Notes under the pieces: generated by a model | The model's database searches: none | The model's input: the letters and a program-made list of their open reading frames with translations, nothing else | Told to the model about the DNA's origin: nothing | Source: an uncultured delta proteobacterium | GTDB taxonomy: Bacteria; Myxococcota_A; UBA9160; UBA4427 | Assembly (NCBI GenBank): GCA_963822965.1 | Contig: CAWGJT010000004.1 | Coordinates: 1 to 50,265, forward strand | Direction: 5' to 3' | Length of the DNA: 50,265 bases | Program-made: the position numbers and the translations under genes | In this document: piece after piece, positions 1 to 8,608 of the stretch | Layout of the letters: every line of letters starts with the position of its first letter | Numbering within the stretch: the stretch's first letter is position 1

Positions 1-988
1 TGGGCTTGGCGATGGAGCGCGCCACCCGGAAGGCAGCGAGGGCGAAGAGCAGCACGATGGCGAGATTGATTCCGAGAATGCGCCGGATGCCGGAGACGAC
101 GGGCGAGAACGCCTCGTTGTAGGGCTCCTCGACCGCCAGCAGCCAACCGAAGCGCGCCAGCGGGCGCGCCGAGCCGACCACCCGTTCTCCGGTGTAGTCC
201 TGGTAGTCGAAGAGCACGCGATCACCCGCCTCGCCCTCGAGTGCGGGTGCGTTCCAGACATGGGCATTCATGCGCTCGGGGCTCGCGACGAGGTAGTGTC
301 GCTCGCCGTCGAGCAGGAAGATCTCCGCGAACTCGCCGACCTCCTCGGAGCGGAGCACCTCGGCGACGGCGCTCATGTTCATCGCGGCGTGCAGGGTGCC
401 GGCCGGAATCGCGCTCGAGCCAGCGAGCGGCGCCGAGGCGAGCTCGTAGATGCCGGAGGGGGTCGTGACCACGCGGCTCAGCCGCGGCTCGGTCACGGCC
501 GACAGCTCGCCGCGCAGCATCGCCTCGGGGATCTCGAGCTGCTTGCCCACGCTCAGGAGCTGCTCGCCGTTCGGCCCCAGCACGAAGAGCGACTCGTACT
601 GCGGGAAGCTGTCGAGCACGTAGCTCAGGTACTGCTCGACCTCGCGCTTGGCGCGTCGGGCGCGCTTGCTGCCGAGGTTCGTGGAGAGGAGCGGGGCGTT
701 CTCGGTGAGGATGCCGCTGTTCGAGAACACCCCCAGCTCCAGGAGCCGTTGATCGAACCACAGGTCGAGGCGGCTCGAGGCGTTCTCGAGCAGGCTCGGG
801 AAGCTCTGCTCGATGCGGCCGCGCAGGAAGTCGTCGATCGACTGCACCGAGATGGCGGTGACCGCGAGGGACGTGATCAGCGTGGCGCCGAAGACGATGA
901 AGCTGATGCGTGCCGGCAGGCTGCGAACCGGGTTGACGGTGTGGCTGCGCGCCGGTCCGGCGGCGGGCCCGGCTTCCTCTTCGGACAT
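1..988 (-). CDS. Membrane sensor protein, N-terminal part (TM - Cache-like extracytoplasmic domain - TM - start of HAMP); probably a diguanylate cyclase or histidine kinase; runs off the left edge
   Basis: Not in the ORF track because the stop lies outside the window. My translation from ATG 988: MSEEEAG...RISFIVFGATLITSLAVTAISV (TM1)...DYTGERVVGSARPLARFGWLLAVEEPYNEAF (Cache-like C-terminus)...ILGINLAIVLLFALAAFRVARSIAKP (TM2/HAMP start). The output domain is not visible. Confidence 0.75.
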   Translation of the reverse strand, partial: MSEEEAGPAAGPARSHTVNPVRSLPARISFIVFGATLITSLAVTAISVQSIDDFLRGRIEQSFPSLLENASSRLDLWFDQRLLELGVFSNSGILTENAPLLSTNLGSKRARRAKREVEQYLSYVLDSFPQYESLFVLGPNGEQLLSVGKQLEIPEAMLRGELSAVTEPRLSRVVTTPSGIYELASAPLAGSSAIPAGTLHAAMNMSAVAEVLRSEEVGEFAEIFLLDGERHYLVASPERMNAHVWNAPALEGEAGDRVLFDYQDYTGERVVGSARPLARFGWLLAVEEPYNEAFSPVVSGIRRILGINLAIVLLFALAAFRVARSIAKP

Positions 989-1182
989 GGAATGAACGTC
1001 TCCCCGCTCCCACAATCGGTCGTCCCGGGGCCCGCCTTGACGGATCGGCCCCCGGGGAGGCGGGTTTTTCCCTGATTCGGTCCAGCTGGACCCGGAACGC
1101 CTGCATTGGAATCGAAGCCCCCATCCGATAGCCTCAGCGGCTGCTCTTCCGGCCCCTTCTCGAGCGAGACCGGAGCCCCCTC

Positions 1183-2437
1183 TTGAGCCTGCCCGTTCGC
1201 GACTCCTCGCCCCTGCCCGTCCGCGACGCCGAGCGCCTGGCGGCCGCGGGCGCTGGACGAGGGCCGGCTCGAACGGGCGGCCGGCGAGCGGCTCGGCGCG
1301 AGCCTGCGCGACGCCGGCGTGCGGGAGGCCGTTCTCGCCGGCGCCCACGAGAGCAAGCTGCGGGGCAAGGGCGACGTGGTCACCGTCTCCCGCAACATCT
1401 TCATTCCGCTCACGAATCTCTGCCGGGACCGCTGCAGCTACTGCACCTTCGCCAAGCCGCCCGACTCGCCCGAGGCGAAGACCTACGAGCTCGACGAGGT
1501 GGCCGAGGCGGTCCGCGGCGGCGTCCTGCACCGGCTGCATCGAGGCGCTGATGTGCCTCGGCGACAAGCCCGAGGTCGCCTACCGGTCGCCACCGCCAGT
1601 GGCTGGCGGCCCGGGGCTGGGCGTCGCACGACCGAGCATCTCGTGCGGGCGTGCGAGGTCGCCTTCGAGGGCGGCATGCTGCCCCACACCAACGCGGGAA
1701 TCCTGGCGCCCGACGAGATCGCGAGCGCTGCGGCCGTGGAACGCCTCGATGGGCCTGATGCTCGAGACGACGAGCCCGCGGCATGCGCGGCAAGGGCATG
1801 CCCCACCACTACTGTCCCGACAAGGACCCGGCGGTGCGCATCCGCATGCACGAGGAGGCCGGCGAGCTCAAGATCCCCTTCACCACCGGCATGCTGCTCG
1901 GCATCGGCGAGAACGAGGCCGAGCGCGTCGACACGCTGCTCGCGATCCGCGACCTGCAGGACCGCTTCGGCCACATCCAGGAGGCGATCATCCAGCCCTT
2001 CCACCCAAGCCGGACACGCCCATGCGCGGCGGCGTCGCGCGCTGCGGGACGAGGAGGTGGCCGGCTGGGTGGCGCTGGCGCGGCTCGTCCTCGGTCCCGA
2101 GATGAACGTGCAGGCGCCGCCGAACCTGGCGCCCGAGGTGCTCGAGCTGCTGCTGCGCTCGGGCTTGAACGACTGGGGCGGGGTCTCGCCGGTGACCGTC
2201 GACTTCATCAATCCCGAGGCGCCGTGGCCGGCGCTCCGGCGAGCTTCGCGCGCCGCACGGAGGCGGCGGGGCAGCGCCTGCTGGAGCGCCTGCCCGTCTA
2301 TCCCGAGACCTGTCCAGCGACCCGAATTCTTCGACCCACGGGTGTGGGAGAAGCTGCCGCGCTTTGCCAACGACGCGGGCTACGCGCGGCTGCCCAACGA
2401 CGGGAACGACCCCCAGTCCGGAGAGGAGGCTGCGTGA
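1183..2437 (+). CDS. cofG: FO (7,8-didemethyl-8-hydroxy-5-deazariboflavin) synthase subunit CofG, radical SAM; several apparent frameshifts
   Basis: Pieces across frames: SRNIFIPLTNLCRDRCSYCTF (CxxxCxxC), MLPHTNAG, SMGLMLET, CPDKDPAVR, IPFTTGMLLGIGE, NVQAPPNL, GLNDWGGVSPVTVDFINPEAPWP. The start is approximate. Confidence 0.9.
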
Positions 2438-3716
2438 TGTTCGAACGACTCGAGGCTCGACTGGACCGCGATGTGAACCCGGGGATCGCCAGCATCCTCG
2501 AGGGGGCGCTGGAAGGACGCGAGCTCTCCAGCCGAGGACGCCGTCGTCCTGCTGGGCGCCGAGGGCGCGGACTTCCACGCTGCTGCTTCGCGCCGCCGAC
2601 CATGCGCGCAAGCGACGGACTGCGGCGACGACGTCTCGCTACGTCGTGTGCCGCAACATCAACTTCACGAACGTCTGCTACGTGGGCTGCTCCTTCTGCG
2701 GCTTCGCGCGCCACAAGGACGACGCGCTCGACGCCTACGACCATCCCGATGGAGGCGATCCTGGCCAAGTGCCGCGACGCGGTCGCGCGCGGCGCCACCG
2801 AGGTGTGCATCCAGGGCGGCATCCATCCCAACAAGGACCACACCCACTACCACGAGATCCTGACGACCGTCAAGGGCGCGTTCCCGGATCTCCACATCCA
2901 CGCCTACTCGCCCGAGGAGATCGACTTCGGCCACCGCAAGAGCGGCATGGAGCTGGCCGACTACCTGCGCTGGCTGGTGGACGCGGGCCTCGGCACGATG
3001 CCGGGCACCGCGGCCGAGATCCTCGACGACGAGATCCGCGAACATCCTCTCGCCGAACAAGCTCAAGACCGCGCGCTGGGTCGAGATCATCCGCGCCGCC
3101 CACGAGCATCGGTCTGCGCTCGCACGTCGACGCTGATGTACGGCCACATCGAGGAGCCGCGGCACGTCGCGGGGCATCTCGAGCTGCTGCGCGAACATCC
3201 AGAAGGACACGGGCGGCTTCACGGAGTTCGTGCCCGCTCGGCTTCATCCACGAGCGCAACATGCTCTACAACTTCCTCGGCGCGCGTCCCGGCCCCTCGA
3301 TGCACGAGGACCTGCGCATGATCGCGGTGGCGCGGCTCTTCCTGCGCCCGTGGATCACCAACATCCAGGTGTCGTGGGTGAAGATGGGCCACAAGCTCGG
3401 CCAGATGGCGATGCATGCGGGCGCGAACGACTTCGGCGGCACCCTGATGGAGGAGTCGATCAGCCGCGAGTCCGGGCTCGCAGCACGGCGAGAACACGAG
3501 CGCCGAGGAGTTCCGGCGGCTGATCCGCGAGTGCGGTCGCACGCCGGTGGAGCGATCGACCACCTACGCGGTGCTGCGGCGCTTCGAGGATCCCGCGCAG
3601 GACCCGCCGTCGCTGCGAGCCCGAGCGAGCACCGGGACCTCTCCGGTCCCGCGCGCCAGCGCAGCGAGCCGCGCCGGGTGCACGCGCCGAAGCTGGCGGC
3701 GTCCGGCTACTCGTAG
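2437..3716 (+). CDS. cofH: FO synthase subunit CofH, radical SAM; several apparent frameshifts
   Basis: ATG overlaps the cofG TGA (TGATG) after GAGGAGG. Motifs: RNINFTNVCYVGCSFCGF, GATEVCIQGG, LHIHAYSPEE, GLGTMPGTAAEILDD, TLMYGHIE, NIQVSWVKMG, GANDFGGTLMEESISR. Confidence 0.88.
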
Positions 3717-3748
3717 GCGTCCGCTCGACGACGAAGGGCTCCGGCGGC

Positions 3749-5207
3749 TCAGCGTCGGGCCCGCTCGTCGAGCTTCCGAGCCAGCTCCTCGACCTGGTAG
3801 CGCAGCGGAGCCTTCTCGAGGACGGCCCGCTCGACCTTCTGGATGGCGTTGCGGATCGAGGGGTGGTCGCGGTTCAGGGCGCGCCCGATCTCGGCGAGCG
3901 AGGCGTCCGTGTAGCGGCGGCACAGGTACATGGCGAGCTGCCGCGGAACGAGCACCTCCTTGCGGCGGGTCTTGCCGGCGAGCTGCTCGGGAGTCGTCTT
4001 GAACGACGCCGCCACGAGCCCGATCACGTCGGCCAGCTCGAGCCGCGGGCAGCACGCCGGCGTCCGCGCCCTTCTTCTCGAGCGCCTCGCGGGTGAGCGC
4101 GAGGTCGATCCGCTTCTTCAGCAGCGAAGCGGTCGTGACGAGCTGGATCAGCACGCTCTCGAGCTCGCGAACGCTGCCGCGCACCGACTCGACCAGCAGC
4201 TCGATGCTGTCCTCCGGCAGGTGGACGCCGCCGGCGGCCGCCTTCGCGCGCAGGATGTCGCGGCGGACCTGCGCGTCGGGGGGGCCCATCTCGGCCACGA
4301 AGCCGTCGGCGAGCTGGGAGCGCACCCGCGAGTCGAGGTCCGTGAGGGCCTGGGGCATGCGCGTGCCGGTGAAGACGGTGCGCCCGCCGGCCTCGCGCAG
4401 GTGCTGGACGGTGTGGAAGAACTCGAGCTGCGTGCTCTCCTTGCCCTGCAGGAAGGCCACGTCCTCGACGATCAGCACGTCGCACTCGTGGCGGAACTTG
4501 CGCTTGAAGCGGGCCGTCTGGCGGCTGCGAAGGCTGGCCAGGAACTCGTTGGTGAAGGCCTCGGCGGACGTGTACACGGCGCGACGCCCGTTGGCGCGGG
4601 CCTCGGTGCACACGGCGCGCGCCAGGTGGGTCTTGCCGAGGCCGGGGCCGCCGCACAGGAAGAGCTGGGACAGGTTCGGATCGTCCTCGCGAACGATGGC
4701 GAGGGAAGCCTCGCGTGCGAGGGCATTGCAATCACCCACCACGAAGCTCTCGAAGGTGTGCTGGGGGCGCAGCAGGGGGCGCTGGACGGGGCGCTGCGCG
4801 ACCGCGGCCGCGGCCACGACCGGCGCCGAAGGAAGCCGGGGGACGGAGGTGAGCACGGCCCCACGGCGCCGCGGGGTCGCGGCCCGGGGACCGGCCGACT
4901 CGTCCCGGGCGGGCTCCGAAGCGGCTCGTTCCCGGCCAGGGGTCGAGGCCGCTTCGGCCACCACGATCTCGACGGAGATGGGTGTGTCGGGATCGTGGCC
5001 CAGCTCCGCCCGGAGGCAGGAGACGAGCTGATTCCGGTAGTGGTCCCGAATGCGATCGCGATGGAACGCCGTGGGACACAGCACCCGGATGCCGTCGGGG
5101 CTCGCCTCGGCGACCAGGTTCGCGATGAACGCATCGCAGATGAACGGGGGCAGTTCGAGCCGCAGACGGCGCACAACGCCGCCCCAGACCTCGGGGGTAA
5201 AGGTCAT
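3749..5207 (-). CDS. dnaA: DnaA-family protein (divergent paralogue, not the canonical dnaA-dnaN locus); one frameshift near 4045
   Basis: Domain I-like N-terminus, HTFESFVVGDCNALA, Walker A GGPGLGKTHL, YTSAEAFTNEF, FFHTV, SVRELE. Domain IV continues in ORF 3749-4027 (PRQLAMYLCR...SLAEIGRALNRDH). Confidence 0.88.
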
Positions 5208-5377
5208 TCGATCTCTCGCTGGCTGACGAGCAGATATTTTTTTTTGGGGTTCTTGCTGCTGTTGCTGGTCGTGCTGTCTTGCTTCTCGGTACGGGTCTCT
5301 CGAGTCTTGCGGGTCTTGCGGTCGTCCAGGGAGCCTCACGTGAACTTGCATCGAAGATTCCCGTGAAGCGGGCACAG

Positions 5378-5386
5378 TTAACCACA
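5378..5386 (+). promoter_or_regulatory. DnaA-box-like 9-mer upstream of the dnaA paralogue
   Basis: TTAACCACA is one mismatch from TTATCCACA and lies ~170 bp upstream of the dnaA-like start. Confidence 0.45.
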
Positions 5387-5648
5387 GATCCCGGGCTCTT
5401 CGCAAAGCCGAAACACGCCGATCGCGACGAGCGCGCGACGCACGTTCGAAGCAACGGAGCACTGCGCCGCCGTCGGGTTCAACAGCCGTTTCCGTTCGTG
5501 TTCGCGATGGGAATTCGCGGAGTTTCGAACGGAAAGCTGAGACGAGTTCGCGCGCTGCGGGCCGGTGTCGGACGCCGCGATCTCCGCAATGCAAAATCTC
5601 GTGAATCCTACGATTTTCTCGATTTTTCTCGCGATTGCTCGAAAATCG

Positions 5649-6302
5649 TCAGTGGACGGTTCCGGAGCTGGGCGAGTGGGTCGTCGCGTGCGCCGCGATC
5701 CCGAACTCCATCAGCGCGACGAGCTGTTCTGCGCGCGCGCGAACGCTGTTCGCTTCGAGGAGCTGCTGCTTCTCGCGCGTCGAGAAGTCGAGCGACTGGC
5801 AGAAGGCGTTGACGAACGTCGTGTCGTCCAGCTTCGCGAACGCCCGGCTGTTGAAGCGGTCGGCGCGCTCGGGAACGAGGTGGCGCATCAGCTCGAGGAT
5901 GCGGTCGCGGATCGGAGCCAGGGAGTCTCCGGGCTCCAGCGGCACGTCGGCGAGCAGGTCCACCTCCGCGACGCGGTAGAGGCGCTCGCCCTGCCGGGGG
6001 ATCTCGCTGCGGATGCGGAAGCGGTTCGTTCCCTGCAGGATGATGTGGTAGGTCCCGTCCTCGTGGGGCTCGGCGTGCTCGATCCGTCCGGCGCATCCCA
6101 CCGCGAAGAGCGGCGGCTCCAGGCCGATCTCGTCGCGGTGCTCGGGCTTCACGACGACCATGCCGATGTACCGGTCGCCCGCGAGCGCGGCCGCGGTCAT
6201 CTGCCTATAGCGTGGCTCGAAGATGAAGAGCGGTACCTGCACGCCGGGAAACAGGACCACGTTGTCGAGGGGGAAGATCGGGATGGTGAGCGGCTCGGGC
6301 AT
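5649..6302 (-). CDS. Stand-alone LON peptidase substrate-binding (N-terminal) domain protein
   Basis: IPIFPLDNVVLFPGVQVPLFIFEPRYRQM, VGCAGRI, DGTYHIILQG..RFRI, EKQQLLE. No AAA+ or protease domain. The start may be GTG 6305. Confidence 0.9.
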   Translation of the reverse strand: MPEPLTIPIFPLDNVVLFPGVQVPLFIFEPRYRQMTAAALAGDRYIGMVVVKPEHRDEIGLEPPLFAVGCAGRIEHAEPHEDGTYHIILQGTNRFRIRSEIPRQGERLYRVAEVDLLADVPLEPGDSLAPIRDRILELMRHLVPERADRFNSRAFAKLDDTTFVNAFCQSLDFSTREKQQLLEANSVRARAEQLVALMEFGIAAHATTHSPSSGTVH

Positions 6303-6314
6303 CACGCCACACAG

Positions 6315-6444
6315 GCTAGCAGGCCGACCCGAAGGGGCTGGCCTGCGCAGCAAGCGACTCCGAAGGATCGCCCGCTAGCAGGCCGACCCGAAGGGGCTGG
6401 CCTGCGCAGCAAGCGACTCCGAAGGAACGCCCGCTAGCAGGCCG
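6315..6444. repeat. 59-bp tandem repeat (2.2 copies) of palindromic, REP-like units
   Basis: GCTAGCAGGCCGACCCGAAGGGGCTGGCCTGCGCAGCAAGCGACTCCGAAGGA(T/A)CGCCC starts at 6315 and 6374, with a partial copy at 6433. Each unit forms two hairpins. Confidence 0.9.
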
Positions 6445-6445
6445 G

Positions 6446-6925
6446 TTGACGGAGACCGGCACGGCGGTGATTCTCTGGCTCGCAGTGGATCGCCGCACCC
6501 GTCGCGAGCTGATGGAACGATTGACGGTGGACGCCCGGCGCATCGCGAGCGCCTTCGACCTCGAGTATCGCTCGATCGAGGCGGAGCGTGCGAACGTGAA
6601 GAGCCGCTACGGCGTCTGCTACGACGACGGGAGCATCAAGATCCGCCTGTCGCACGCGGTCACCGGGCAGGCTCTCCGGTACTCGAGCCTCGTCAACACC
6701 CTGTGCCACGAGCTGGCGCACCTGCGCCACTTCAATCACGGGCCGCGCTTCAAGGCCTTCTATCTGCAGCTGCTCGAGTGGAGCCGCCGCCAGGGGATCT
6801 ACCGGCCGCGCACCCCCGAGCGTCGTCCGGCGGTGGGCTTCGGCGAGGGGGCCCGGGCGCACCCGACCGGGCCGGTGGTCCGGCCTCCGACAGCGCGTCA
6901 CGAGCAGCTCGATCTGTTCGGCTGA
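6446..6925 (+). CDS. WLM/SprT/YgjP-like zinc metallopeptidase with C-terminal QLDLF motif
   Basis: KSRYGVC..DGSIKIRL...LRYSSLVNTLCHELAHLRHFNHGPRF (HExxHxxxxxH), ending RHEQLDLFG*. The start may be GTG 6485 or ATG 6512. Confidence 0.82.
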   Translation: MTETGTAVILWLAVDRRTRRELMERLTVDARRIASAFDLEYRSIEAERANVKSRYGVCYDDGSIKIRLSHAVTGQALRYSSLVNTLCHELAHLRHFNHGPRFKAFYLQLLEWSRRQGIYRPRTPERRPAVGFGEGARAHPTGPVVRPPTARHEQLDLFG

Positions 6926-7078
6926 TGCCTGCGGGAGGGCGTCAGAGAGCGCGCGGTGCCGAACCCGAGGGGGCGCACGCCGGCGACCGCTTCGGGAACG
7001 AGAGCGGAGGTCGCGGGAGATCGAGTACCCAGTAGAGCTCGAGAATCCGGGAGCGATGAAGCGAGGAGAGGAAGGCGA

Positions 7079-7172
7079 GAGAAGCGATTCGAGAAGCGAC
7101 TAGGATTCGAGAAGCGACTAGAGAGAAGCGATAGAACGATAGAGAGAAGCGATAGAACGAGAGAGAGAAGCG
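7079..7172. repeat. Degenerate purine-rich short-repeat tract (6 x GAGAAGCG)
   Basis: GAGAAGCG at 7079, 7091, 7109, 7123, 7144 and 7165, abutting the stop codon of the small acidic gene. Confidence 0.85.
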
Positions 7173-7173
7173 T

Positions 7174-7371
7174 CTAGGAGTTCGCCGCCTGGTCGTACTC
7201 CTCCAGGGTGTTCGGACCTTGGATCACCTTGGTGTGGATCTCGTCGCAGGCGACGCTCTTGTCGAGGATCTCCTTCAGGAGTCCTTCGACGGTCAGCTCA
7301 TCATATTCGGCCAGGGCGTCTTCGAGCCCCGTCTCCGAAACGTTGAATTCGACCTCGAGTTTGATCTTCAT
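7174..7371 (-). CDS. Small acidic hypothetical protein (65 aa)
   Basis: GGAG upstream of the ATG, GC3-biased codons, protein-like composition (16 D/E, 5 K, no R) unlike the Arg/Pro-rich shadow ORFs. Confidence 0.8.
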   Translation of the reverse strand: MKIKLEVEFNVSETGLEDALAEYDELTVEGLLKEILDKSVACDEIHTKVIQGPNTLEEYDQAANS

Positions 7372-7828
7372 ATCCGTGAGATCTCCGTGCTCCCCAGGCG
7401 CTCGCGTGGTGAGTCGCCCGTCCTTCCCTCGCCGGCCCTCGCTTGCGCTGGCTGGCCCTTGCTGGTCCCGACGCCGCCCCGGCTCCGATTCCGGTACCGC
7501 TATCCCGTCGCTCGTGCCCCGATGCTTCCCGGGGGTTGGCCTTTTCCCGACGCGCTGTGCTTTTCAGACGCTCCGCCGGTGCGCTCGGTGCCTCTGATCG
7601 GCTGTTTCGAGCCCTCTCCCGGCGCTTTTTTCGGGCGCCTCCCGGTTTCCGGCTCCGGCAGCGGTTCGAGGGTGCTTTCCGCGATTCGCCGCGATCCGCA
7701 GGGGATGGTGCGACGATCCGCGGGTGCGGGCCCCGACCCGGACGACTGCCTGGAAATCCTCGTGGGGGCGGTTTCTAAGTGCTCGAAATCGCTAAGCAAA
7801 ACGATCCAAGGGCGACAAGGATAGTACA

Positions 7829-8010
7829 GCGCCCGCGGGAGAGCTATGGAGAAACGTCCGATTCTTGCGGTCTTTCGGCTGCTTACGTGACGGTCTGCGG
7901 TGCCCTGACCGACTGCTAGCCCCAATGCGTCACTCAGTGTGCTTCCTGCGTGCCGCAGACCCTGCCAGGCCTCGTGGATCGTGCGAGAACGGCGGAACCA
8001 GCCTGAGCGC
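7829..8010 (+). ncRNA. Candidate structured non-coding RNA (rod-like hairpin); family unassigned
   Basis: Nested stems found by eye: 7892-7903/7950-7961 (12 bp, 2 G-U), 7869-7873/7976-7980, 7862-7868/7983-7989. The G-U pairs favour the + strand. It lies in a ~750-bp gap without a convincing ORF. Confidence 0.3.
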
Positions 8011-8122
8011 GACGACCTCATTCCCATGGGGTCCAGGCGTCGGGCTCGGATCGCGGCACGGACCGAGCAAGCCGCGGCGATTCGGCCGGCATTGGGAGTC
8101 GCGCCCCGATCCGCATGACGGA

Positions 8123-8608
8123 TCAGGGCGCGGGGGGGCCGGCGGGCCCGGGCGGTGCCGCCGGACGTGCACGGAGGACGATCAGCCCCAGCACGCCCAG
8201 CTCGACCACGGCGAAGATGTACCGCGAGAGCTGGTGGAGGTGCGAGAAGCGCGCGGCGGCGCCCGCCTCCTGGGCCTCTCCGAACGCGCGCCGGCCTGCC
8301 GCCTCGATGGCGGGCGTCACCGCCAGCTCGGAGGTGGCGCACAGCGCCGCCAGCACCAGGGGAAGCAAGGTTGCGAGGCGGCCCTCTCCCTGCAGGGCGG
8401 CCAGCACGGCGAGGACGACTCCGGCCGCCATTCCGTAGCGGTTGAGGGTGCCCAGCACCGGCGCTACCAGCGCCCCCGCGGCCTCCTGGGAGGGCAGCAC
8501 CTGGAAGGCGGTCGGCGCGATCACGAGCGCGAACAGCGCCCAGGAGCCGAGCCACCCGGACAGCATCACCCAGGACAGGGCCTGGAGGGGCCAGCGGGGT
8601 CGGGTCAC
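8123..8608 (-). CDS. DUF4149/TMEM205-like four-TM membrane protein
   Basis: [30 protein letters not shown]...FSHLHQLS. It is the C-terminal part of the artefactually fused ORF 8123-10708, with GTG start at 8608. Confidence 0.75.
   Translation of the reverse strand: MTRPRWPLQALSWVMLSGWLGSWALFALVIAPTAFQVLPSQEAAGALVAPVLGTLNRYGMAAGVVLAVLAALQGEGRLATLLPLVLAALCATSELAVTPAIEAAGRRAFGEAQEAGAAARFSHLHQLSRYIFAVVELGVLGLIVLRARPAAPPGPAGPPAP

Noticed and set aside
3749..5650. Canonical dnaA/oriC locus
   Set aside because: There is no dnaN, recF, gyrB or rpmH adjacent, only one imperfect DnaA box was seen, and key DnaA residues are altered.
6315..6444. Mini CRISPR array
   Set aside because: The units are contiguous near-identical 59-mers with no unique spacers, and there are no cas genes.
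6956..7177. 73-aa ORF with EKR/ERSDRT repeats
   Set aside because: It is a translation of the nucleotide repeat tract, with no SD and atypical codon use.
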